From Callorhinchus milii (Eukaryota), in contig NW_024704742.1 in NCBI RefSeq assembly GCF_018977255.1, forward strand, positions 27,530,001-27,594,000: 64,000 bases of DNA, read 5' to 3'. The notes under the pieces are model-generated. The model was not told where the DNA came from. It saw only the letters and a program-made list of their open reading frames with translations, and ran no database searches. Made by a program: the position numbers and the translations under genes. Below are positions 37,401 to 51,330 of this stretch, in pieces (position 1 is the stretch's first letter; every line of letters begins with the position of its first letter).

Positions 37401-40038
37401 TAAAAGATATCCATTCAGTAGAGAGAATGTGAAATGCACAGTATTAACAACTTTTTAACACAAAGACATTTCAACAGCCTCTCTGCTTCATTCCTTGGAA
37501 TGGTGGGCTTTCTGGATAGGCGCCACAGTTTAGGTTGATGCTTGCTACCCTCAGTGATGGTCTGTCACCAAACAAAGTCTATGGTATACACTGTGTATGT
37601 GGAAACTGTTATGCTGGAAGTTTGTGTGGTGCTAAGGAGGATTTAAATCATAAGGGTTGCTCATTTACACCCTGTGAAGATAGAGGGTTAGTGATACTTC
37701 ACTTTGATGTTACATTTGACAGAATAAATGAGCGTTTCAATTATTGGTCTTCATTTTACTTTGAGTCAGTATCCACAAAAGGCTCTTCTGCCCTACTGTT
37801 GATACAATTTAATTGGCATTAATTTTCATATTCTCTTTTGGATGTTTTGCATGAGATGATTTTGCAATATCTACTATTTTACTGCTTTCAAGTTAAATGC
37901 CAGTTCTCCGAAGCATAGTCATTTTATATAATAATACTGAGGTTGTATGAATCCGGTGTTGCAATGTTCAAAGACTGGACGGTGCCTTGCTAATGGCAAA
38001 CCTCCAGCCCCCATCCAGTTTGTGACTGAGGTTGTGGGATTTGCTACCAATAATTTTGTGAAAAAGCCACCATCCCGAAAGCCGATAAACGAGTGTCTTT
38101 GTTTCCGACCTTTTATCAGACTTTTAGAGCCTTTTCTCAGCTGAGAAACTGCCACAGAACACAAACCGGCTGTCACGATTGCTAGGTCCCATTTGCGAAT
38201 ACCAAATTCTCAGCCACATTATATCCGATTCATACCATGGCTGATCTGGTGATCGTGAATAGTACGCATGTATGCCAAGTGTGGAACACAGCATCATGTT
38301 TTAAACATACCTGCTCCAAAAAGGTACTTGGAGATTAGTAATGCATTGGATTCTGGATTTCCATAATGTGGCATAAGTTTTTATGTCTTTTCGTCCGAAG
38401 AATTATTACCGAATGGCTTCACGGAATATAGAAAGTTTTCTTTCTGGATTTCATAGACTGTAAATAGTAGTTCACTCCCAGTAACAGCTGTTGTCTCTCT
38501 CTTGCTTTTCCTCCCGTATTCTTCAGGTAAAATGAAACCTGTCTGTCAGCCAGAAAGAAGATGTCACCAAGGCAGGCACGTGAGATTCTGTTTTGGCTTC
38601 ATGCAATGTTTCAATTAACTTGCGTATGAGCTCATCAATAGCTTGGCAAGTTCTTTGTGCGCCTGTGGCTTTTGTTATAATTGACTGACTGGCTTGCTGG
38701 TGCTGCCTACGTTGGGTATGCTAAAGGTCATTCCACCGCAGAGAAAGGATAACTCTTCTTTTGTCAGCGAAGGAAAGCATTGTGCTGCAGGTAGCTTCTG
38801 AGGATAGGTCAATGACCCTCTCACATTTTCTCTCTTATTTTCTAATTAAAAGCGTCTGTGGGCACTGAATGTGCATAAAAATCATGACCAACTTTTATTA
38901 CTGGGGGAAGAGATAAAGTTGTATTTTTGTCATGATTGGCTATTTTCTGCTATTTCTATCCCCTTGTCCTTTCTTGCTGAAGCTAGTGACGTTTGCTGGA
39001 GCCCAATGATGTCAAATACGACATCAATCGTTACTGTGTGTAAATCCATGCAGTAACTATTGATGTCCTATTTGATTTGGGATCTGGAGGTGTTTTTACA
39101 GCTAAACCACAGATCCTCTTCTCATTCAACATCTACAAGTTGACTTTCCATCAGGAGTCAAATGTAGCACCACTGACGAGTTGCCCTCTTCCTACCTTAT
39201 TGCTACAGCTAACGTTAGCCATGGCTGAGATCAGCTAACTTTAGTCTGTATATACAAATGTAATCTTGTTGTTGTTGTTGCTGTATGACGCAGTGTGATG
39301 CTGGTCCTGTCTTTCCAAACTGGACCAAATTACAAATTATCGTGGTTTGGGTCATTGCATCTTAAGTTTCTGAAAAAAAATCCCGAAACACTTCCTTGTG
39401 GGAGTTTCTCCCAGTATCCTGGCCAACAGCACCCAAGATAAAATTGGTCCGTTATTTCATGGTTATTTATGGGAGATTTTTGTGCGCTTTGCAGCTACCA
39501 AATTCACCTACAAGTTACAGTTACTACGCTTTTCAAGTAAAATCCTCTGAAACGCTTTGAGTTTTCCTCTCGATGTGAGAAACACTTTATGAAATGTAAG
39601 GATTATTATCATATTTGTTTAAGTAGATAATATGAATACAGTTGAACACTGTCAAATACTATCTATTCTGTGTTGTACTTGTTGTGCCTTCAGCTCCCCT
39701 CTCGACTCTCTTCCCCCTCCTCGCTCCCTCCCTTCCCTCCCCTCACCCTGACCATTTCCCCCCTCCTTGCTCCCTCCCTTCCCTCCCCTCACCCTGACCA
39801 TTTCCCCCCTACTCGGGTCATGACCCAACTGTGCAGCGCCTTGGGACGTCCTCCTGACGTGAAAGGCGCTTTATAAATGGAATCTTGTTGTTGTTGTTGT
39901 TGTTGATATCACTTTAATATAACAATGATAGACTTAGATTAGTGTTGACGAGGATCAGTGAGAAAGAGAATCTTAATAAATTCTAGTGAGAATAATTTGA
40001 GAAATAGGAAGTATTTTCTCATACCTACGTTTGCACTC

Positions 40039-40136
<98 letters not shown>
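40039..40136 (+). repeat. (AATC)n tetranucleotide microsatellite, ~24 perfect units
   Basis: Directly visible in the sequence. Confidence 0.98.
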
Positions 40137-40244
40137 CAAAGGTTATCTTGAATCTGGTAAATAATAATTAAGATCTGAAGGATTGATTTATTGAAACAAA
40201 TTCACAACCCATTGCATTTATACACATTTATCCATCCATCCACT

Positions 40245-40566
40245 GGAGTCCTGCAGCTCAGTGATTAGAGTATTCGCTTTGCAAGTGAGAGGCCTGAGTT
40301 CAATTCCAGGCACAGGGCGAAACCTTGGGCAAGTTTCCTTACTCCACACATCTAATAATAATCCCTCCAAAACCAAAAACAATAATAAATTGGTCATTTT
40401 TAATCTACGACTGTTTGTGAGACATTGCTGTGCGCAATTGGCTGCCGCATTCGCCCATAAAAAATACAGTCAATTCACTTTACAGTGTGTTCTGTGAAGC
40501 GCTTTGGGATGTCCTCCCGATGTGAAAAGCGCTATATCAAATGCAAGGATTATTATTATTATTATT
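40245..40566 (+). mobile_element. tRNA-derived SINE family A, short form, full length
   Basis: ggagtcctgcagctcagtg...gagttcaattccagg head, through to the aaatgcaaggattattattatt tail. Confidence 0.92.
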
Positions 40567-43500
40567 CATTCAATGAAATCATTTGATATTGATATTGAGT
40601 GGCCTCAGCAGTTTGAATGGTGAATGGTGCCTCACGTTGAGGTTAGGCACTCGAAGGACGGGAGGGAAATTGAAAGCAAGCCAACTCAAGCTTCTCTCAC
40701 GTGTCCTCAATAGGGAGTATTCTGGCAGCAACAAAGTTACATTTGTATTAGCACCTTTCGTGTCAGAAGGACATCCCAAGGCGCTGAACATTTACACCCA
40801 AGCTGGGGGTTGGAATCAACTTGTGCTTTGTGGGCAGGTTGTCTGTGCCTGGTCAGTTGAGGAAAAGCAGGGAGTGTTGGAGCAAGAGACAGAGAGAGAT
40901 GCAGAGAATTAAGGCATGAAAGCTCCTCCACTGATGATGTGGGTACGGGGGATGCGGAGTAGGCTGGAGATGGCAGAATTGAGGGAGTAGGTGGAGGGGT
41001 AGGACCACAGAAACCACAACAGTGGGGTAAGCATGTGGAGGCATTTGAAAGTTAGAACAAGTCAGAACGCAGCTTGGCGATGATGGGGCTGCTAAAAACA
41101 GAAACATTACAAAGTTAAATCTCTTCTTCACTCACATTTGCTTATTATTCCTTTCCCAGGGAAGCCTCTAGGAATGCAATATGACCTTGACTCAAAGTGT
41201 TGTATTTCTTCACAAGATTAGTTCAGATAAGGAAGGCCCTTTGGCTGATCTGATTTCACCCTTCCAGAATACCCTAGCCTATCATCCTCCCCTTACAGCA
41301 TCAAACTGTGTTTAGAGTCTTGTGTTGTGGCCTTAGTCACTCTTTCTGATGACATGTTAACTTCTGGGTAAAGAAAAAATTCCTGCTGTTTGTACTGAAA
41401 TTGTCTTGTGCAACACTAAACCCGTGACCTTTTGTTCAAATGTCTTGGTGTATCCTAAAGTATTGTTCTGGGTTTACTTTATCACTCCCATTTAAAGTTT
41501 TATTCACCCCTACAAGGTCCCCTCTGAAGCATTTTCTCTCATACTTAAGAATCCGAGCTTGTTCCTTCCTTCTGGTATCAATTGATAAAATTATTTGCCT
41601 ACATATAAACTGTTACTGCTCTTTACAGTAAATCCTAGGAAGCACTTTGAAGCCTTTTAATGATGTGATGAAGTGTCATCTCAAATGCAGGGATTATTAT
41701 TATTATAATAAAGACACAGCATTTTCTAAGATTGCATTTATTAAGCACTGCGGATTTAGGAGAACATCTGAAAATCACTGTCAGCTATTCAGGTTTATAA
41801 CAGGTTTATAAATCGCCTTAAAATGCTCTGTGCTTTCTTTCTCAGGTCTATGTAAGTACAGACGCGATCCACTCCCACACGTCTGCCTAACTCTGATCTC
41901 TGTCTTCTCACAGATTGTCATGTACAGCTGTATGTTCAGGGCAATTATAATCACATAATACAAGGCTGAAGTACTTAAAACTACAAACCCTTAACCGAGT
42001 AGCTGCCAAATCAAAGGAGGGGTTCATGTGATCTGGTGGCTCTGGACGAAACTGCCCTAACTAGGGGTAGAAATTCCGGTTAACAAAGAGTAATAGAATA
42101 CATTGGCCTGGATGATGATGCCATATTTTTTGCACCGAAAGGTTAATGGTAGGACTTGCTTTTTTTGAGTAGCAGGTTAACATAGTTAGCTTTCGTGTTT
42201 GCAATTGTGTGAGCCTTTGGTGAGCATGCACAGATAACACTGGACTTGGTTATGGGGCCTGCATAGTCGATTCACGTGGGGACACTCACTGTCTGTGTCC
42301 CATACCTGGAGAATGAGACATTTCCCACTTTCTTGGGGAAAAATTGGAGGAGTTTTACTGTTTGAGAAACCATACCGCAGCCTTCAAGAAAGGAGAAGAG
42401 GCATCAAATGGTGGACATCTATATCGTAAAACTGGTAAAAAAGAGACTTTGATAGCTTAGTGGCACTGCACAACATTGTTCCAATGTACTGAGTTGTGGA
42501 GCTGAACAATTCATACGGGGGGGCGGGGGGAAGAGAGAGAAAGAAAATTGAAGAGACAAATGTAGAGAGGATGGACAGTAGGAAAAATTGTAATACAACA
42601 TTTGTTTCACCAAGATATGCTTGAACGTACTTGCAGTGTTGATTTTCTGTATTGAAGGAATAGGCTAAATGTTTCACATATATTCTGTGTCTGAAACTCT
42701 GAAGAACTCACGTAGTTGAGATTAATTTACAGTTTTTATCCACTTTTTAGCTTGCGGATGAAAGTACTATTGGTTTGGATAGCCTGACCCTTCATCTATT
42801 TCTGAATATATATTTTTTTCAAACTCTTTATGTGATATTTACTAAAGTACAACAGCTGTAGATTTCATTAGGACTTATTTGAAGACTAATTTTACTTGGT
42901 CATTTTCACTACCTTTATGGCACTGATATCACATAATTAATCTTACAGAACATTACAGTCAGGAATATAATGTCAAAGGCACTGTAATCATATGAAATTG
43001 ACGGTGTTAATTACAATTCTTATGTATTTTTCAAATTTGTGTAGGTGATAATTAATTTGGGGGTTCTTCCTCCAGTTTGCTCATAAAAGAAAGTTAAAAG
43101 AAGTGGTGGATGAATCATCCTTGACATAATGCTTAGGGTTTCCATTAAGTTAAAATTGTAAGTAATTCACTTAAATTAAATCACTGTTTGGAGAGGCATT
43201 AAGTGGTGGAAATCTAAATTATGGAGTCAGGGAAAGAGAGAAATTAATAGCTTGGTGGCACAGCACATCACTGCTCCAGTGCACTGTGCCGTGTGTGGAG
43301 TGATACATGTTCAAATGCGAATCCCTCCCCGCTTATTGAGCCTGAAGTCTGATGTGTGCCATCAGTGCGAGCGACTGAGCCTGAGAATAGGACAAGTCGA
43401 GTTCCCATAGAGAGGGAGGCAAATCATCGTCTTGCGCACCTCCCCACTGACTGGATTAAGAACAACAGTTGCAGTGAAGGCCAGGGAGCAGGTCAACAGC

Positions 43501-46500
43501 TTGTCCACTGAACTGCAACATTGAGCGAGGTGCTGGGAGGCCAATGGAGCCAGAGACCAGAAGTGTCTTCGGGAAGGGGAAGAAAAGCAACAAAATCTTA
43601 TATATATATATATTTACATAAGTTCCAAAGATTGGAAGAAGTAGTTTGATATTAACTATAAATCTGTTTGCTGCTTTAGTGGTACCATACAGCCTTTCCT
43701 TTGTCTATCAGCAGTTCTAATGTATTAATAAACTCTAAAATAATTAATCTCACTTTTCTGTTCCAAATAGGATGTGAGTTAATGAATTGTAAACATCACA
43801 TTACTATATTTCAATCTCTCTGTGGTACCCAATGGGATGTATTTTAAGTTCATTGAAAACAACACACACCAAAATAATAATTTTATGAAATGCTTGCATG
43901 GTACATTTGGTACGTATGTTTATAATGCTGCATTTCAGCTGTGCTGTCTGAGTATATATGAAGAGAGAGAGAGAGAGAGGGAAAGAAAGAGAAATACCCC
44001 ATATCTCCAATGTCAATGAAGTATTGGTCAATTTTTGAAAATGTTGGACTGCACCAGATCTCAATTGCTTTGACATGATTGAATTCGATAAGGTGCCATG
44101 AAAATGTGAGTTCTTCTGATCCCACTTCCTCTCTGTGTACCTTTGTCAAAAGCCTTTCAGAATCAGGTCTATGGATGCCGCATCAACTTTTCATCTTGAC
44201 TGGAGAACAGGACTGACCGATGTAGAAGTGGCTATTGAAGTGTCAGTGGTGATTAGCTATTGCTGCCATTGAGAGACTGAATGAGAAGATGCAAAGTTAG
44301 TTATTTTGAGATGAATGTTTCAGTCCACTTTTAAATACATTCAGTTTGAATAGATCTAGTGAATACATTTTACATCTGTATGTATGAATCAATACAGGAA
44401 TTATGACATTCTTTTCATTCTAAGATTTCTAAATACTGCATAATCCGCCATTGAGTGAAATTCCACTTAAAAATAAATCAGTGATTTGCAGTGACATTAC
44501 TTGTGCACAAATTAAGTTATAAGGAACAGCTGGCAATAGTGTAGTGGAGAATTGAAGAGAGGTAAGTCTAACAGTCTCATTCTTCAAGTGGCCTGTTAGC
44601 TTCAATTTCCTGAAAGTTGTGTGCACTGTTCATCATTACCAACTGATCAGTTTCAAACACTAAAACACGAAAAAAATGATTCCCACGGAGTTGTTAAGTT
44701 AAATTTAAATCTTACATCTTAAAGTTTAAATCTTACATCTGATGCTAAACATAAAGGTAAAAAAAAATGACAGAAATATTCCATTTGTTGACTAGGAATC
44801 TTTTTTATTTAACAGTTTCATGTTTTCTCTTTGGTACAATTCAACTTAGAATTATTTAGCACCTTCTACATCGGGAGGCCATCTGGAAGTGCCAGATGAA
44901 AACACATGGCATTGTTTTTTCAAAGAAGAGGGGCTGGGGCTCATTTGGAAAGAGCCAAATGAGCTCCTCGACTGTTTGTGGGACACTGCTGCGTGCAATT
45001 GGCTGCCGTGTTTCGCCCACAAAATATACAGTCAACTCACTGTACAGTATATTCTGTGAAGCAATTTGAGACATCTCGAAGACACGATAAGGCGCTTTAA
45101 CAAATGCAAGGATTATTATTATTAATTCTGTCTTGTTCTAATATGTGTGCTTCGGCAGCAGTGCAGAATTTGGTGTTACATCTGGAGATATGCTTGAAGT
45201 GCATTGGTTGACAGTTTTTGTATATTCCAGTGTCTCCTTCACTGTCCTCAGTCAAATTTGAAAATACAATCTTCAGTCAATTTTAATTCAACAGGGGGAA
45301 AGTAATTCTCCAGGTCTTCAATTATGCCTAAGAAAACCCATGAGAATTTTGAATTGAATTATTTTACCATGAAATAATCTGCAAACTAATTTGCCAGATT
45401 TACAATACAATACAAATTTACATTTATATAGCATCTTTCACATCGGGAGGACATCTCAAGGCACTTAACAATGCTGGCTTGGCATTCGAGCTGGGTGTGG
45501 GAGTTGAGAGGGGTAGTAGTTTAGACTATTATCTTATTCGCAAGGAAAGAAATCAGATCCAAATTTTCAATATGTTCTAATTTTCAAATCCTTATTTTAT
45601 TTTATATTTAAGAAAGCTTGCCCCATTCCAGTTTTTGCTTGTGCAAAGTCAACTACAATAACCTTAATAATACTTAATAATAATCCAATAAAAAATAATC
45701 TTCCCATTTGATTCAATATATAATAATCCTATAAAAAAATAATCCTCACATTTAATACAGCACTTTTCACATTGGGAGGACATCTAATAGCACCTTACTG
45801 GATTTGCAGTAAAATGTAGTGACTGTGTATTTTTGTAGGTGGACCTTTAACCACAGAACAATGTAGTTGATTTTCTAAGTGGAACTAATTCAGATAGGAA
45901 ATGAAAGTTAATTTTTAAAATACTTTGGACTTCAAAATAGAATATTAACAACAACGTTCATATGATTGATTAGTTTGTTATGTGGGGTGGGTGGGGTGGA
46001 CGGAAGAGAATAAAATATTGTGATGCATTAAAAACAAAAGTAATCTTTTGTCATTCAATTGCTTGAGGACATGTCTTGCTCGTGCTCAAATGATTGTTTC
46101 TTGGGTCTGTGATTGGATGCATAATGTAAAGTGAATAGACACTGAATGAAAAACTGAACCATTTGCAGTGCAGATAAGGGTCCATCAGAATTGGCAGTTG
46201 GTGCTGTGACACATCTGGTTAGATCGAGAGAAACAGCCTGCCCAGAAAATGTGGTGTCCTTAAATAGAGCATGAAACTTATTTTTTATTGCTATCATTTT
46301 TAATGCTGAGCAAGGGAAACTACAATTGCACATTTCAGGCAGAATCCTAGGCTCATTGGGAGTACGGAATAAGATGGTTGCCCTCCAGGCATACACCAAT
46401 ATCATTATTCTTGGATTTTTTTTTACCTGGGAGATTCTCAGAAGATATAAAAAGCTACAAGGATCTGATTTCTTGCCTGTCACTAACCTAAGCTACGGTT

Positions 46501-48387
46501 CTGGGTACAACGGCTAGAGAACCAATATTTTATTTTAAAATACCTTAATTTGCCTTATCTATCGATGAAGGAATTAAAATTGAAAGTCACCCAAAGTACA
46601 TGATGAGTTTCCCATTAACAGTCCAAGAACGTCTGTGTGTCAAAGAAACACAGATGGCAGGTACTGAATTGAGTCTGACATGACCCAAGTCCAGGGAAGC
46701 AATTTAGTTGGTGCTTGCGCGTCATTGCTTGCAGCACAGTAGGTCGACACAATCTCTCTCTCCTGCTTGGCATCTTATTCTTAAGCTTGGATTCTGTGAA
46801 AATTAACTTTTTGTACAGCGCAGTTTTTGCTGTCTTGGAATATTTACGAGGCTTAAAAGCCAACTGAGTGCCCTTCAAAATGCCGGTTCTGGGTTTATAT
46901 CCCGTGGCTGCACGTGCTATATTTTCAAATGTTTTCCAACAAGTAACGGAGTTCCTATCCTCACCGGACCACCCTCTCATGAACCGCATCAGTAGGCAGG
47001 TGCAAGGCCACGATTTACGCACAGACAGCCCTTGAGTTAGCAATTGGCCTATCTTGCACTAAGGTCCAGAAGGTAAGAAAAAATTGCATGGTGTGCAGAG
47101 AAAGATTTTATAAATTAGAAAGCTTATCTCATGTTTGCAAATGAGAATTAATGAATGCAGCTTTAATTAATTGTTTACATGATAGCCTTCCACCAACACT
47201 TCCTGTTCGCTGAGCGACAGCTGGCCTCACAACTGAAGTCAGTCAGTGAGTGCAGTGGGCCTTTTCCTATTGATAGTTTCCGGACTTCGTGTGAAGTCAT
47301 TTGATTATAGTATATGTAAATGTACATGTCACCTTGCATGAGTTTGCTTTCGAGGTTTGGCAATTTTAGAGGTCAAAATATGCAGCATTAAGGCCCTGCA
47401 CTTGTCTGTGAAATTCTGCTGCCTGCACGTCTGCCTGTTGATGAATGGTATAAGGCAGCCCTCTGCTCTCCCTTAAGAGGACTTTCTTTTTCAGTTGCTG
47501 AGAATTCACAGAAGCAGAGTGCTTGTTCATTGGTTCTGGGAGATGCTATCATACCCCTGAAGGGATACAGATACACTCCAGTTACCTATGATCAGAGAAC
47601 ATTCAGAACCCCTGAGTGAATATTGGGGCTATACTAGAATTTATTACAATTGAATGAGCTAAACCAGCACACAGTGCTCTTAAGCTTCCTCCAACTGATC
47701 CAGTAGGGACATCGCTACCTGTTGGGACCGAATTGTATGGCTTTTAGGAGTTGAGTGTAGAAACCCTTCCCCCAGTGACTTGTCTGCTCTCCAAGCCCTA
47801 TTTATGAGTTTGAAGGGTTTTACGTCATCAACTGTAGTCTGGAATGTTGTGGACCTGCTCATATATTAGATCCCTGAGTGCCACAGAGAATGGACTGGGT
47901 TTCGGTTTAAAATCTCAATTGAATGCCAGCACCTCTGCCAGCCTGGTCTGTGAGGTCAAATCTCATTCAGGAGCTTGAAGCCACAAACGTCTATCCATCC
48001 GCCTGTACCTCAGGTAGATGTTAATGATCCCATGATGCAATTTGAAAGGAAAAATGAGTGTTTCCTGGCTTCCTGAACAACAATCCTCCAGATAAATTAA
48101 TCATTTACCTCCTGGTAACTTTGGGGATATGTTTGTACGCAAAATAGCGGTTGTATGTGCTTACAAAAATACACGGTCACTACTTTGTACAGTAGTTAAT
48201 GTATACAATAGATATGACAAACCATAGGCAGATGCTTTGACATGTCAAGGTGCTATACAAATGTAAGTTCTTTTGCTCTCTCTGATTCTCTTGGAGGGCA
48301 CAGCCAGTACATAGCACTATGCATTCCATTCTTAATAAATAATAATAGTTAATACACAGTTTATTTAGTTCAGCAGTTCAGTTGTGT

Positions 48388-48790
48388 GTTAGCCTTGCTC
48401 AGTGGTAGCACTCTTGCCTCTGCGTCAGAAGGTTATTGGTTCAAGCTCCACATTGGGACTCGGAATTACGTTGTCTAGGTTGACATTCCATTGCAGTGCT
48501 GGGTGAGGTGTGGAGATGCTGTCCTTCAGATGAGATGTTAAACCAAGGTCCCGACTGCCTGTTCGGGTGGGCGTTAAAGATCCCATGGTGCTATTTGAAA
48601 AGAGAAGGGAGTTTCTCCAAGTGTCCTGGTAGCAAATCCCCCAAATAAAATTGGTCACTCACTCCATTATTGTCTGTGGGACCTTGCTGTGCACAACTGG
48701 CTTCTATGTTTCGGCCACCAAATACACAGTATATCCTGTGAAGCACTTTGATACGGTGCTATATCAAATGTAATGGTTATTACTATTTTA
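48388..48790 (+). mobile_element. DeuSINE family B, full length
   Basis: agccttgctcagtggtagcactcttgcctctg.gtcagaagg..ggttcaagc head, Deu core tgctgtccttcagatgagatgttaaaccaaggtcccgac...ttaaagatcccatgg, and an L2-like tail. Further diverged copies at ~33500-33775(-), 47990-48270, 51940-52415(-), 55395-55633, 56215-56605(-). Confidence 0.88.
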
Positions 48791-50228
48791 TCATGTCAAA
48801 ACATGGCAAAGTGCTTAATAAAATTAGTTAATAGGATTGAGAAGCTCATTCAATTTTGTACTCAAATTGGCTGCTGTGGCTACATGAAGACCAAGCTACA
48901 CATCTTTTCCTGGATTTGATCTGTTTTGCATCACTTGCAGTGCTTATGTTATTTTACAAAATCCTATTGCACTTGAGTAATGGCAATTTTATTTCTTCAT
49001 GATAAACCCTTAACCCCATGGCAACTCACCCCATGTGGGAAATTATAATGAATAACAATGATATTAATCCTTGCATTTGATATAGCACCTTTCTTGTCAT
49101 GAGGACAATGTGCTTGTTAAAATGTGCTTCACAGCATTCACTGTAAATTGTAGCAGCTATGTATCTTGTAGGTCCTTCTCTCATGCTAAACCAAAAGTAT
49201 GTTATATGTTTATGAAATCTGACATTCTATTAGCAACAAAATGATGCATCTGTGCGGAGTAATGCCATTGTAGTGTTAGTTCGATCTTCATAAAAACCCA
49301 TGTGATGACAAGAAAGCAGTGCCACTTTGGTCCACCCCCCAGAAACTATAATTGACTGGGGCTATTAGATGCTTCCTTGATGCCGTTAGTTGCCTTCCTT
49401 CAGTCACGGAAAAAGCTCCGACTAAGAAACTGGGTCACGCAATCATAAATCCAGTACTCAGTCTAAGCCGTTGCTCCTGGTCTTCCCACTGCGCAATTTT
49501 AGTATAAAATGCATTAAATACAGTTTGTAATCCTGATTGTAATTTTTAGTTTCGAATAGGAATAGATGAAGAATGCTAGTAATATCTGATACAATAAAGA
49601 ATAATCTGCTAGCGGGTGTAAGCTTTCATTATTGGTTCCATGATGGCAATATCCAACATGACTATTGATCAGCTCCACATCTGAATTACAGTACAAAATG
49701 CACATTCTATAAACCTATTATCGCTAGCTGGAGGGCTAGATTTTCCATCATGTTTCAGCAGGCTTTTCCTTCCGAGCTCGACTCTTGAGAAACGTGTTTG
49801 TGTTTCTTTAGCCATTTTAAATTACATTCGGAATAGAAGATGCTAACAATAATTTCAATGAAACTTTCACGAGCAATGCACATACCGGAAATGTTAAATG
49901 GAAGATATGCTATTCTTTCATTCATGAAATTGTATCTAATGCCTTAGCTGAAACTGAAACCAAGCTTCTTGAGAGTGCATGCTGCAGCTACTTTCTAAAA
50001 GTGGCTTCTAGTCTCCATTGGCAACAGGAAATTACTACAGTATTCTTTCATTGTATCCAATTCTTTATAAGGTGGGAGGTCAAACTATTGATTTAATTAT
50101 GCAAATTCCAAGAATCTTCTCTGATTATGTGAACATATTATTAAGACTAGGCAGCGTTTCATTTCTTATTGGCTGTCATTTCTAAGCATGCCAGCAAAAT
50201 GAGTCTTTGTGTTGATTTTGTGGAGTGT

Positions 50229-50594
50229 GGAGTCCTGTAGTGTATTGGTTACAGTGCTCATCTCACAAGCAAGGTCCCAGGTTCCATTCCCAGGCAGGGC
50301 GAAATCTTAGGCAAGTTTCCTGACTCTGCATGCCTGTTTACCTAGGATTAAGTAGGAACTGGTTGTTAGTCGATTGGTGGATCACTCTCTGAGGGTAATA
50401 AGCCCTTCAAAAAAAAATTATAATAATAATTTGGTCACTCAATCCATGACTTTGTGTGACACTGCTGTGCAAATGGCTGCCGCGTTTCATCCATAAAATT
50501 TGGTCAATCCACTTAATATATCCTGTGAAGTGCTTTGAGATGTCTCAACCACCTGATAAGGTGCTAAATCAAATCCAAGGATTATTATTATTAT
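50229..50594 (+). mobile_element. tRNA-derived SINE family A, long form
   Basis: Head, long-form segment (gcctgtttacctagg..taagtaggaactggttgttagtcgattgg) and tail. Confidence 0.88.
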
Positions 50595-50999
50595 ACATTC
50601 ATTTACGAAGCAGGAGATTAATTTAAGGTAAAGGCTGAGCATCATTACTCTGGGTCTGCAACTGTGCCTAGGGCTAAATAACCTCAAGAAGGTTACATTG
50701 GATAGCATCTGCAGGACTGCTGTTTGTAACATGTCTTCTACGTTCAACAATCACAGTATGGATTTATCAATCGTAGATGAGCTTCAAATTTGGAAGATCT
50801 GCTCTGACTGCAGGTGTTTCATTTGGACAGGAGAAAAATAAATGACAGCTAACAAGGCTTCAGAGTGTTAGATCATGCCTGACCAACCACATAAACTTTT
50901 GAGAAGTGACAGCCGAAATTGACAGTGAGAAGCCATAGAGTACAGTTCCAAAATACCTATGATAAAGGAGTACATTACAAGGATTCCTTTTCAGCCTGT

Positions 51000-51330
51000 C
51001 AATAAGTAATACAAGCAAAAGCGTGGATTAGTAAATGGCAAAAGGGAAGAAAGAGGAACGCAGTCGTAAGGTGAATCAGTGGGAGGTATTGAGTCTGAAG
51101 GATTCATGCTACAACCTTATTGTAGGTATATTAATTAACTGAATTTGCACAATTACTGTTAAATTTGACAGAAATATATCCGGGGCGGGGTGGGGGGAGA
51201 GGGGAGGGGACTGTGCACTCGGGGGAGGCAGTCAAAATGATCGCAATAGAACTTGTCAGATCATGTACTTGAGCTGGTCACTAGATCACGAACAAATTCA
51301 GTCAGTTTAATACAGATAAATGCAATGAAC
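51000..51330 (+). mobile_element. Highly decayed CR1 RT fragment
   Basis: Remnants WISKWQKGRK...V and QFNTDKC resemble the CR1 RT motifs WIxNWLxxRKQRV and MxFNxxKC. Confidence 0.45.

Noticed and set aside
39958..40164. ORF with SINQ repeats; superficial CRISPR-like periodicity
   Set aside because: It is a pure (AATC)n microsatellite with no spacers.
44100..44300. Possible exon or CNE
   Set aside because: The minus strand shows a VDA...KAFDK remnant consistent with an old CR1 RT fragment, and all frames are closed.
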